Source of the DNA: a virus
Reading direction: 5' to 3' (one strand)
IMG/VR virus record: IMGVR_UViG_3300008116_000018
DNA length: 64,000 bases
The translations under genes were made by a program, and so were the position numbers. The first letter of the stretch is position 1, and each line of letters opens with the position of its first letter. This document shows positions 18,943 through 27,520 of this stretch, one piece after another. The notes below the pieces were generated by a model, which saw nothing but the letters and a program-made list of their open reading frames with translations, ran no database searches and was not told where the DNA came from.

Positions 18943-19361
18943 CTCTTACCAATTAGTTTCTGTAACTCTGCTGTGCTACCAACAAACAATGCATTCGTTA
19001 CATGCTGTGGTTGTTGTGTGTCATCTTTCTTACTCTTCAATTCTTTTACTTTTTTACCTAAGTCTAACAAATCTTTATTGGTGTCGGACAGCGTTTTAAT
19101 CAACTGACCCACAACTTCATATGCTCTTGGAGACTCACCTTCTTTAGCTAAGAAGATAATGTTTTCCATAGCAATTTTGCCTTGTTCGATGAATGACTTT
19201 AGATTCTCTCTCGCATATTCATAGTCTGCATCAATAGAATCATCATTTGGTGCGCCAGCAATATCTTTTGGTTGCTCTACTACTACGGGCAATGCTTGCT
19301 CAACAATCTTACCTTGCACATCAAAAATATCATTCAATTTATCATCAACTGTTTTTTTCAT
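18939..19361 (-). CDS. gp16: Terminase small subunit
   Basis: DYEYARENL, SPRAYEV.GQLIK, NALFVGSTAELQK. Confidence 0.96.
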   Translation of the reverse strand: MKKTVDDKLNDIFDVQGKIVEQALPVVVEQPKDIAGAPNDDSIDADYEYARENLKSFIEQGKIAMENIIFLAKEGESPRAYEVVGQLIKTLSDTNKDLLDLGKKVKELKSKKDDTQQPQHVTNALFVGSTAELQKLIGKR

Positions 19362-20116
19362 TACGATCTATATCCATTTTCTGTTGTTATAGTTTCACTC
19401 ACTCCAAACTCAGAGTTTCCGGTGAACGTTTGTGTAGATATGATAGCTTTGTTGATAGCAGAACTATCATCAATAAGATTAACATCTTCTTTGATAATGT
19501 ATTTGAACTTATTAACTGGACCAAACAGATAGCCTTTGATGACAAAATCTAATTGCCACGTTTGAATTCTACGTGATTCGAAATCACCTTCATAAGAATC
19601 ATCTGCCGTTATAGATTGCAATTCGATAGGTACGTCCATGTTTAAACTTAACTCAGGCAACATCTTCATGGTGACAGTGAAGTCTGGAGTGAAGAATGGT
19701 ACGATTTGCTCTACGATTTGTGTGCCGTCTTCAGTATTTTTAACAAGCACATGTAAAGAGAAATTAAAGTCATACGGAACTGGTGAGTACATATAGTTAA
19801 AATCTATACCGCCAGTATTGACGCCTCTCGTTACTTTGTGACTGCTGTTGAGTTTACGGCTTGGCGCATATGTCATACCAGTAAACTCGAAACCTAGTCG
19901 TGGCAAAGTAACTGAAATCTCACGATTCAGTGTAGGGTCGCTTGTGACTCTCTGAATGAACTTTTGTTTTGGTCCATATTCGATAGGAACGTTCAGCGTT
20001 TGAATTTTAGTTCCTGTGTCGTTATATCTGTCAACTTGAATTTCGTTGAACAAATTACCAAACATGATTACGTAACGTCTTAGCGTTCCGTGGTAGAAGT
20101 CGTGTCCGAACATCAT
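19361..20116 (-). CDS. gp15: Tail terminator / proximal sheath stabiliser
   Basis: FYHGTLR...FG.LFN, VPI.YGPKQKF, LPRLGFE, QIVEQIVPFF.P, DDSYEGDF. Confidence 0.95.
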   Translation of the reverse strand: MMFGHDFYHGTLRRYVIMFGNLFNEIQVDRYNDTGTKIQTLNVPIEYGPKQKFIQRVTSDPTLNREISVTLPRLGFEFTGMTYAPSRKLNSSHKVTRGVNTGGIDFNYMYSPVPYDFNFSLHVLVKNTEDGTQIVEQIVPFFTPDFTVTMKMLPELSLNMDVPIELQSITADDSYEGDFESRRIQTWQLDFVIKGYLFGPVNKFKYIIKEDVNLIDDSSAINKAIISTQTFTGNSEFGVSETITTENGYRS

Positions 20117-20117
20117 A

Positions 20118-20930
20118 TTAGAAAGTCCTTGTCAATGAGAATGGGTTTTGTTCTGAGAAGTCTAGAATATCATCATCGATAATTTTCTGTCCAATTTCAT
20201 CATTGTCTGAGGTAACTTCGGCTGCGACAACAACATCAGCTTCACTGATAATGAATGTATCATCTTCAAGCAACATTAAGAAATTCTCTTCATCAAGTAT
20301 TTTTTCATTGTTGACAGTTGACATGCTGTATTGAGTTTCGATATTATCAATGTCGGCAACTTCAGTATCAATACGTTCGCTAGAGTATTCGAATCTATCA
20401 CAACGCATTTCGTATGTGTAGAGTTTACCTAGTTGAAAGAAGTTCTCGATGTTCTCTGTGAATTTGATTTCATACATGTAATTAAGCATTGGGATCCAAA
20501 TTAAGTCTCCCTCTCTTGGTCTTAGAATGCTTGCATAATCATACAGTTGTTCGTCTAGTAAATGGTCGCCGTCTTCATTCTTAAAGTTATATCCATACTC
20601 TGTTATGAATGATGCCTTCAATGATTGAGTGAATCTTTTCTGTGCGACAACAAATGTGATCGATTCATCGATTTGCAAGCCAAACTTAGAAAGAAAATCT
20701 TCTTGTCCTGCAAACCCATCAAAACTCTTGATGTATAATTCTAATTCAAGCGCATCATCAAAAAGCATAGACGAATCTTCGCCGTAAATTTTATCTAAGT
20801 TTACGTGAGTTCTTGGTAAGTAATAACCATCTACACCATAAATCTTAATAGATTCTATGACTAAATCTTCAACAAGATTTTGTTCTTGTTTGACAGGTGT
20901 GTACTGATTAAAATGACGATTACGTGCCAT
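20118..20930 (-). CDS. gp14: Neck protein
   Basis: EQNLVEDL.IESIKIYG, YYLPR, SKFGL, RPREGDLI, FFQLGK, DFSEQNPF. Confidence 0.95.
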   Translation of the reverse strand: MARNRHFNQYTPVKQEQNLVEDLVIESIKIYGVDGYYLPRTHVNLDKIYGEDSSMLFDDALELELYIKSFDGFAGQEDFLSKFGLQIDESITFVVAQKRFTQSLKASFITEYGYNFKNEDGDHLLDEQLYDYASILRPREGDLIWIPMLNYMYEIKFTENIENFFQLGKLYTYEMRCDRFEYSSERIDTEVADIDNIETQYSMSTVNNEKILDEENFLMLLEDDTFIISEADVVVAAEVTSDNDEIGQKIIDDDILDFSEQNPFSLTRTF

Positions 20931-20934
20931 GAGA

Positions 20935-21684
20935 TTAGCCTAGCATGTCTGTAACAGGTAATGAGTATGAACTAATCATTTCAGCTTCGATAGCTTGAAT
21001 TTCATCTGTAGCTTCATCCCAGATTTTTTGTCCATTGAATGTAATACCGCCTGGCATAGAAAGTCCTTCAAACTTTTTCAAGTTTTCGCCCCATTGTTTT
21101 TTAATGAGTGCTGTGCAATATCTTTGTAACCATCTATCGTTATACATGTCGGTGTATGTGTCTGGATCGATTTTCTGATACGCTTCAATGAGCATGTATT
21201 CCCCAAGCACAATCTTTTCACCCCAAGCAATGTCAACGTATAACTTGTTTGAATGTCTTTGGAATCTGATACCTTGTTTACCAACAAACAATTCTTCAGC
21301 TAAAGCAACGTTTTGCAATGCCATGTAGTATGGCGCAAATGGTCCTGTATTGAAAGCAAACAAATCGTTAAGCGCAATCTGATATCTCAAATTGAATAAG
21401 TTGTTTGTGGAATAACTATTACCAATAGGAAGAATATTGATGATACCAATAACAGAGTCTTCGATAGACAGGTACTTATTATCAATGTCGGTTTGTGTGA
21501 CTTGTCGTGCTAGATATACTTTCTCTGTTGCGTCATAGTGATAATCGTAGTAGTATGAGAATGCCATTTCGATGCAATCTTCAACTTGTTCGTCTGCCAC
21601 GTTTATCTCTAAGAGAGGCGCACCTAGTCTTCTAAGGCAGAATTGTTTTAATTCTTCTCTCGATGCTGGTTTGCTTGTACTCAT
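20935..21684 (-). CDS. gp13: Neck protein
   Basis: LRRLGAP..EINV, YND.WL..Y.TALIK.QWG.NL.KF, PGG.TFNG. Confidence 0.96.
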   Translation of the reverse strand: MSTSKPASREELKQFCLRRLGAPLLEINVADEQVEDCIEMAFSYYYDYHYDATEKVYLARQVTQTDIDNKYLSIEDSVIGIINILPIGNSYSTNNLFNLRYQIALNDLFAFNTGPFAPYYMALQNVALAEELFVGKQGIRFQRHSNKLYVDIAWGEKIVLGEYMLIEAYQKIDPDTYTDMYNDRWLQRYCTALIKKQWGENLKKFEGLSMPGGITFNGQKIWDEATDEIQAIEAEMISSYSLPVTDMLG

Positions 21685-21715
21685 TTACTTGTGCCCCTTA
21701 ATGAATTTCATCTTC

Positions 21716-21723
21716 TATTTATC
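21716..21723 (-). promoter_or_regulatory. Late promoter GATAAATA (gp13)
   Basis: One-mismatch consensus in the divergent intergenic region. Confidence 0.6.
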
Positions 21724-21772
21724 ATTACCAAAATCTCGTATTTGAACTAACTAAATAAATTATGATTTAACT

Positions 21773-21964
21773 ATGGAGAAACTTATGGACAATTTAGTAA
21801 TTAGCGTAGAACTGAGTGTGACTGATGTGAACATGCTCCTAACTTTAATGGGAAAAACCTTGACAGAGACAGGATATTACCCTATAATGATAAAGATGAA
21901 GCAACAGGCACAGGCGCAAGTTGATGGCTTCAATCAAAAAGTGAAAGAAAATGAGTCGATATAA
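21773..21964 (+). CDS. Small hypothetical protein
   Basis: 63 aa ORF; GGAG precedes an internal ATG at 21786; overlaps the gmhB start. Confidence 0.6.
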   Translation: MEKLMDNLVISVELSVTDVNMLLTLMGKTLTETGYYPIMIKMKQQAQAQVDGFNQKVKENESI

Positions 21965-22550
21965 TTTAAAAAATTTGATTACAACAGTTCAAATCAAACA
22001 CAATCTACCCGTTGTTGGATTAGATCGTGATGGCACAATTATCAAAGACATTGGTGATTACATAACAGACCCAAATCAAGTTGTTCCCATACCGGGAAGC
22101 CTTGAGGCAATCAAGATTTTGAGAGACAAAGGACATAGACTTGTAATTCTTACAAATCAAGGCGGTATTGCAAAGGGTCTACAAACCATCCAACAGGTAG
22201 ACGATGTACACAGTCACCTGATGAATATTTTCGGACAGAATGGCATTTCATCAATCGATGGACTCTACTATTCAACATCGTCAATGAAAGAAGATATCTA
22301 CGCAAAACCAAATGTTGGAATGTTTAATCGTGCCAAAGACGAATTAAAAGTTGATTGGAAAAAAGGTTGGTATGTTGGAGATAAAATCAGTGACTTAAAA
22401 GCCGCAGATAAAATTGGATCAAAACCAATTCTTGTGTTGACAGGGCATGGTAAAGAGACACAAGAAAAATTGAACACTTACGCTAACCGAGAACTAAAGA
22501 AAAAAACTCTAGTATTTAATAATCTACTAGAGTTTGTTAACACGCTTTAA
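21951..22550 (+). CDS. gmhB: GmhB-like heptose-1,7-bisphosphate phosphatase (HAD IIIA)
   Basis: LDRDGTI, TNQGGI, KP..GM, VGDKISDL, VLTG.G. Confidence 0.82.
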   Translation: MSRYNLKNLITTVQIKHNLPVVGLDRDGTIIKDIGDYITDPNQVVPIPGSLEAIKILRDKGHRLVILTNQGGIAKGLQTIQQVDDVHSHLMNIFGQNGISSIDGLYYSTSSMKEDIYAKPNVGMFNRAKDELKVDWKKGWYVGDKISDLKAADKIGSKPILVLTGHGKETQEKLNTYANRELKKKTLVFNNLLEFVNTL

Positions 22551-23098
22551 TACTCGTAAATATTCAACATTAGATGAGTTCGCCAATTAGAACTTCTGTT
22601 ATCAACACCATGCAATCTTGTATTGTCGAATTCATAGACTTTTCCGCATTCCCAATGATATTCAACATTTTCAATTATATATTTGCATTCGGGATACGTT
22701 ACAATTGGAATATGAATTCTATGACACGATGAAAGAAAATTTCCCGAGTCAGTATGTATACCCACTTTTGAATTTGGCGCTAATCTTGCAAAAAAACACA
22801 AATACTCTTTAACTCTAATATCTGTATTTTCTGTTATGTGTGTTAGCGTACGGTCTATTAAAGATTTATATTTTTCATACAAACTATAATTTGCAACATG
22901 GGATCTCCAAGTTGAGTCTGTCACTTTAGAATAATCATCAAAGTATCTTAGTAAAATAGATTGTGTTTTTTCTAAATTTCCCATTGTGTTGCGAATATCA
23001 TCGATATACCAATCACTTTCGGTGATTGTGTTCTTAATATCTTCGATTAAATTTAAATCAAAATCACACAATACTTTATACGGAACATTTAATTTCAT
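22547..23098 (-). CDS. Asp/Asn beta-hydroxylase-like 2OG-Fe(II) oxygenase
   Basis: L.P...V.IHTD, RIHIPI.T, G.VYEFDN...H.V.N....R.HL. Confidence 0.85.
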   Translation of the reverse strand: MKLNVPYKVLCDFDLNLIEDIKNTITESDWYIDDIRNTMGNLEKTQSILLRYFDDYSKVTDSTWRSHVANYSLYEKYKSLIDRTLTHITENTDIRVKEYLCFFARLAPNSKVGIHTDSGNFLSSCHRIHIPIVTYPECKYIIENVEYHWECGKVYEFDNTRLHGVDNRSSNWRTHLMLNIYEY

Positions 23099-23100
23099 AG

Positions 23101-23610
23101 TTATTCTTTCTTTATCTGAAACCCAAACGATATGTTAATTCTTGATCTTTCACCAACAACTGGTGTAGATGCATGATTATATAGGCCTGCCTCACATCGC
23201 CATAGCATTCTTTCTTCTATGTCAAAAATTTTATTGTCGTAGATTGGCTTACCACCAGACTCAGGAACACTTAATAGTAAATTATATCTAGTGTGAACAT
23301 ATCCATCATTATTTGGATCTTTATGTGGATGTATTGCACCATCAACAGTATTAAAACTCAAAAAATCACCGAATGTAGGATCCAATAAGAAATCTGTTAA
23401 ATTTTCGGTGTCAATGATTCTTTGTTTAACAATTTTATATTCTTTTGGCACAGAAAACTTAGTAGCAATATGATCTACATAAAATCTGCCAGCGCCATTA
23501 TTTCGTAGGTGTGCTTGTTGTTTATTGGAGAACTCTAAAAGAACATTTTGTTCTTCTAGAGTTATGAAGTCTTTATACGCCCAAGAATTGGGAATATCAA
23601 TCTTCGTCAT
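23101..23610 (-). CDS. 2OG-Fe(II) oxygenase
   Basis: IHPHKD, PESGG, H.STPV.G..SR..ISFG (HxD...H...RxS). Confidence 0.8.
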   Translation of the reverse strand: MTKIDIPNSWAYKDFITLEEQNVLLEFSNKQQAHLRNNGAGRFYVDHIATKFSVPKEYKIVKQRIIDTENLTDFLLDPTFGDFLSFNTVDGAIHPHKDPNNDGYVHTRYNLLLSVPESGGKPIYDNKIFDIEERMLWRCEAGLYNHASTPVVGERSRINISFGFQIKKE

Positions 23611-24010
23611 GTGACGTTGCCTTATCCAAATCTTCTAGTTTCTTTTTAATCCAATAATCATCGTCTTCACCACTATATGGATCGTTATTTCCAGAATAAA
23701 TGTCTGTCACATCACCATCAACATCTCGTAAAGCAAACACACAATAATATTGAACATCATCAGTCAATGCTGTTATCGTGTGTATATAATCTTTTCGAAT
23801 AATCATAAATGTCGGACCTTGAAATTCTTTAGATCGTTCTTCGTTTGTAATACTATTTTTGACATCTACTCTGACTTTACCTTTAGCAAGCATTGTCACG
23901 TGGTCAAACCGATGCACGTGGCCTCTGGCTACATCATTTGTTTTTTTCAAATTGTGTTGACGTACCCAAATATTTCCAAAATATCCTAGTTCTTTAATTT
24001 CTGATGGCAT
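23597..24010 (-). CDS. Cupin-fold protein
   Basis: GHVHRFDHVT.LAKG.V.V ... H.I.AL.DD. Confidence 0.75.
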   Translation of the reverse strand: MPSEIKELGYFGNIWVRQHNLKKTNDVARGHVHRFDHVTMLAKGKVRVDVKNSITNEERSKEFQGPTFMIIRKDYIHTITALTDDVQYYCVFALRDVDGDVTDIYSGNNDPYSGEDDDYWIKKKLEDLDKATSHDED

Positions 24011-24013
24011 TTT

Positions 24014-25759
24014 TCATCCTTCGATAATCTTTTTTAAAATAATATTTTTAGATGGAACATACAAATACTGTAATTCACTATTCTTTAGTGTCTTAATAGC
24101 ATCATCAAATGTTTCAACTAAAGGCTCTCCTGCAAGATTGAAACTTGTATTGAATAGAATTGGAACACCAGTCAACTTCTTAAACGCATCAATCAAGTCA
24201 TAATAGTATTTATTTTGATCTCTAGTTACTGTTTGAATTCGACATGTATTGTCAACGTGTGTAATAGATGTTACTTGACCGATACGTTCTGGCAATACAT
24301 CTACAGCATACATCATAAATGAAGATTCGTTCATGCCTGCCATGTCAAACCACTCATGCACATGTTCTTTTAGAATTGATCCTGCAAAAGGACGGAACCA
24401 CTCACGACCTTTGACTTTGTTAACAATATCTTTGCCATTTGCTGTTCGTGGATCAAATAGAATTGATCGATTACCTAACGCTCTTGGACCAGCTTCAGCG
24501 GCACCATTGAATATGGATACGATATTTTGATCTACAATTAATTGTGCAACATCATCAGCAGTGACTGTTTCAATTGTGAATTCATCAGAATATTTCTGTT
24601 CATCAATTTCATCGTTTCTATCTATACCCAAGTACAATGTCGTTAGGGGTTGTTTTTCAATATTGATATTTTCTGCGACACAATGTTGATACCACAAGAA
24701 TTTTGCCAAGCCAATTGATGTTCCGCCGTCATTTGCAACTGGGTCAACATACAAATTGATATCAGGAAAACGTTTTCTGTAATAATAGTTTGCTACACAA
24801 TTTAGTCCATATCCGCCAGAGATAACAATGTTTTTTTCTCCAGTCAGATCAATAGATTTTTGAATCAAGTCACCAACAAGTCTTTGTGAGTCTTGTTGAA
24901 TTTTCCATGCAATGTCTTGAACTAATTTTAAATCTTCAGGATGTTTTGCAATCTCTTTGATATCTGCACCTGATGGATTTACAGCATCGCCCATAGCTTT
25001 CAATCTGAGTTCAGGAAATGCGTTTATGTTCAATGATCCGCCAGCAGGATACTGTGGCTGAAATAAATTTCGATTTGCATCTTCACCATAAAATAACGTA
25101 GGAATAATGTCATTCTCTTCACCGTATGAAGAAAGTCCCATTAATTTTCCTGCTTCGATTGGATGAAATCCTGCGTATGCTGTGATAGACTCATAGGCTT
25201 TTGTAATATTCACATTACCATTGAATTTAATCTTCTTATCGTCTGTGTATAATTTAGGTCCATCATTAGCGCCCAGAGACTTGTAGACTAATTCTAACTC
25301 GTTTGGATATGAACATTTATAAATTGATTCTGTTTCGAAACCACCGCTCTGAAAATCAGATTGCAACCTTAAATCGATGAAAGAACCTGCGCCGTCTACA
25401 ATAATTGCAGATGCTGTTTCAAAACCTGAATTATAGAATGCTCCGGCGGCGTGACCAGCATGATGATGATCCCAGTATGAAAATATTTTAACTTTAGGAT
25501 TAAATCGTCTAACTGTTCCAGTAAATACGTCCTCTAACCCCCAAGTCATTTTAGGGTACATTCCTTCGCCTGTGCCGGCTAAAGCTAATGCATCAACATG
25601 ATATTTACTTAAAACATAAAAAAGACTTTTCAGCGGATTAGCATCATACTTAACTCTTGTAAATCTTTCTTCTTCAATATACAGTTCAATTTTACCGTCA
25701 ACAAGAAGACATATGGATCCGTTATGTCCAGGACTAATTGCTAAAACATTGTAACTCAT
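24014..25759 (-). CDS. Carbamoyltransferase, NodU/CmcH/TobZ family
   Basis: GHN.S, EEERF.R.K, HHHAGHA, DGAG, GKLMGL, SGG..LNCVAN, DGGTSIG, E.GPRALGNRS, RPFA, HVD.TCRIQTV, NTSFN. Confidence 0.95.
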   Translation of the reverse strand: MSYNVLAISPGHNGSICLLVDGKIELYIEEERFTRVKYDANPLKSLFYVLSKYHVDALALAGTGEGMYPKMTWGLEDVFTGTVRRFNPKVKIFSYWDHHHAGHAAGAFYNSGFETASAIIVDGAGSFIDLRLQSDFQSGGFETESIYKCSYPNELELVYKSLGANDGPKLYTDDKKIKFNGNVNITKAYESITAYAGFHPIEAGKLMGLSSYGEENDIIPTLFYGEDANRNLFQPQYPAGGSLNINAFPELRLKAMGDAVNPSGADIKEIAKHPEDLKLVQDIAWKIQQDSQRLVGDLIQKSIDLTGEKNIVISGGYGLNCVANYYYRKRFPDINLYVDPVANDGGTSIGLAKFLWYQHCVAENINIEKQPLTTLYLGIDRNDEIDEQKYSDEFTIETVTADDVAQLIVDQNIVSIFNGAAEAGPRALGNRSILFDPRTANGKDIVNKVKGREWFRPFAGSILKEHVHEWFDMAGMNESSFMMYAVDVLPERIGQVTSITHVDNTCRIQTVTRDQNKYYYDLIDAFKKLTGVPILFNTSFNLAGEPLVETFDDAIKTLKNSELQYLYVPSKNIILKKIIEG

Positions 25760-26712
25760 TATTTTTTCACCTTTTCGTTAATATCTTTTTCAATAGATTC
25801 AATCAATTTATCAATTTCTTCGTCAGTCAAATCCATACGTGTGTCATTGAGTCTATCTGCAAGATGACAGTCAATCATATTAATTCTCAATGGCGAATAT
25901 CGTTTTGTTCCAGGCTTTTCGAATATGTTAAAAAACTCTGGATACGAAACGTTTTCTGCAAACGTTGATCCTAAAATAACTGTTCCTGGTTTATTTAAGC
26001 CTCTAGCAAAATGTTGTCCTACACTATCACATCCGATAAAGTAATCAGACGCATTAATTAGTGATATCCAAAATCTTAAATCACCTTCAAATTTATGTGT
26101 GTAGTTGTCTTCTTCTGGACATAGACTTTTATCTCCAAAATAATGAAGATTGTATTTTTTCGATAACGTTTTTACAATCATTAGATAAGACTCGTTTGTG
26201 AGACTTCTAGAAGATTCGTCTATGGTGTAGTTTCCTACTTTTCTGGCTGTGCTTCCCCACGGCTGAATGACAACATTCAACTTTTCATGATTTTCTGGGT
26301 TTTGTTGGCACGCTTGACCAAGTGCGGTGAGTGCATTGAGTTCTTCGCCTTTATTTAAAACAAATTTTAAATCAGGTAAGTCATCGTGATTATTTGTAGC
26401 ATTAATGATTTCATCAAATGCTTGAGATAGATTTTTTTTCTGAGTGTAGTAAGACGGAAGTCTATATGGTTCTGGCGAAATAACTCTAGTCGCATTCAGA
26501 AAAATATTGTCGAATATGCCTTTGTTGTCGATATTAAAAACTTTGTCTTGAAGTTCTGAAATACCCCAAAGCAAAGAATCCCAGCCATAAACACAAATTT
26601 TAAAATCTTCTTGAGGATTTTGTAATTGGTATTTTAAAAGGGCTGGGATTGCTGATACTGCTCGACCTGCTCCACCATCAATAACGAAAACTGTTCTTTC
26701 ACCACTTGTCAT
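25759..26712 (-). CDS. GT-B glycosyltransferase, GT9/heptosyltransferase-like
   Basis: IDGG.GR..SAIPAL N-terminus, IQP.G, LI..SDYFIGCDSVGQH.A. Confidence 0.7.
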   Translation of the reverse strand: MTSGERTVFVIDGGAGRAVSAIPALLKYQLQNPQEDFKICVYGWDSLLWGISELQDKVFNIDNKGIFDNIFLNATRVISPEPYRLPSYYTQKKNLSQAFDEIINATNNHDDLPDLKFVLNKGEELNALTALGQACQQNPENHEKLNVVIQPWGSTARKVGNYTIDESSRSLTNESYLMIVKTLSKKYNLHYFGDKSLCPEEDNYTHKFEGDLRFWISLINASDYFIGCDSVGQHFARGLNKPGTVILGSTFAENVSYPEFFNIFEKPGTKRYSPLRINMIDCHLADRLNDTRMDLTDEEIDKLIESIEKDINEKVKK

Positions 26713-26755
26713 GTTAACTCCAAAAATAAAAAATTATAATATATGTATATCTGCA

Positions 26756-26784
26756 ATTATACAGAAATTCACTCTCAATGTCAA
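26756..26784 (-). promoter_or_regulatory. Perfect sigma70 promoter driving the enzyme cassette
   Basis: TTGACA-17-TATAAT. Confidence 0.85.
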
Positions 26785-26791
26785 TAGATGA

Positions 26792-27187
26792 TTATATTAT
26801 TCTTCTAAAAAGAGTTGCGCCACATCCACTCATTGACCCTAAAGCTAGATAGCATGTGCTAGGAGAACCGATACAAAATCCTGGCTTAACACATGTTGCA
26901 TTAACACACGCTGTCACTGGTCCGTAATTTTGGCATTGAAAGCAACACATATAACAACAAATGCCCCATGGAATCAAACAGTTTCCCTGATAACAACATC
27001 CAAGTAGAGTTGATGAACATTGTGCATTTAATGCAAAAACTAGTTGTCCTACACCAGTTGTACCAGCAGGATTTGCACTATACTGGGCTGTGTAACCAGA
27101 TATTTCTGACAATGAATATCTAGGTTTAGCACCACCACGCTTAATAACACCAATTGATATCAGTTCACGCCAAGATTCGTCTTTCAT
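26792..27187 (-). CDS. Cys-rich fibre-tip-like protein, paralogue B (14 Cys/131 aa)
   Basis: KPRYSLSEISG, GVGQLVFALN, GATLFRRI; duplicate of the next gene. Confidence 0.75.
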   Translation of the reverse strand: MKDESWRELISIGVIKRGGAKPRYSLSEISGYTAQYSANPAGTTGVGQLVFALNAQCSSTLLGCCYQGNCLIPWGICCYMCCFQCQNYGPVTACVNATCVKPGFCIGSPSTCYLALGSMSGCGATLFRRII

Positions 27188-27510
27188 ATTATGTTATTCT
27201 TCTAAAAAGAGTTGCGCCGCAGCCGCCAGTCGATCCTAAAGCTAGATAGCATGTGCTAGAAGAACCTATGCCAAATCCCGATTTAACACATGTTGCATTA
27301 GTGCATGCCGAAGACTGATTTGGCGCAAAGCAACAACAAATTCCCCATGGAATTAAACAGTTTCCCTGATAACAACATCCAAGTAGAGTTGATGAACATT
27401 GTACATTTAATGCAAAAACTAGTTGTCCTACACCATCTGATGCCGCTGGACTCGCTCGATACGATTCTTTGACGCCAGATATTTCTGACAATGAATATCT
27501 AGGTTTATTA
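26792..27510. repeat. Tandem gene duplication (~330 bp units)
   Basis: Long identical blocks, e.g. aaacagtttccctgataacaacatccaagtagagttgatgaacattgt in both copies. Confidence 0.9.
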
Positions 27511-27515
27511 GCCAT
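27189..27515 (-). CDS. Cys-rich fibre-tip-like protein, paralogue A (11 Cys/108 aa)
   Basis: Same blocks as paralogue B. Confidence 0.75.
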   Translation of the reverse strand: MANKPRYSLSEISGVKESYRASPAASDGVGQLVFALNVQCSSTLLGCCYQGNCLIPWGICCCFAPNQSSACTNATCVKSGFGIGSSSTCYLALGSTGGCGATLFRRIT

Positions 27516-27520
27516 TTTTT

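Noticed and set aside
26792-27515. Repeat pair as a DGR template/variable repeat
   Set aside because: Both copies are intact ORFs, differences include indels and are not adenine-specific, and there is no reverse transcriptase in the window
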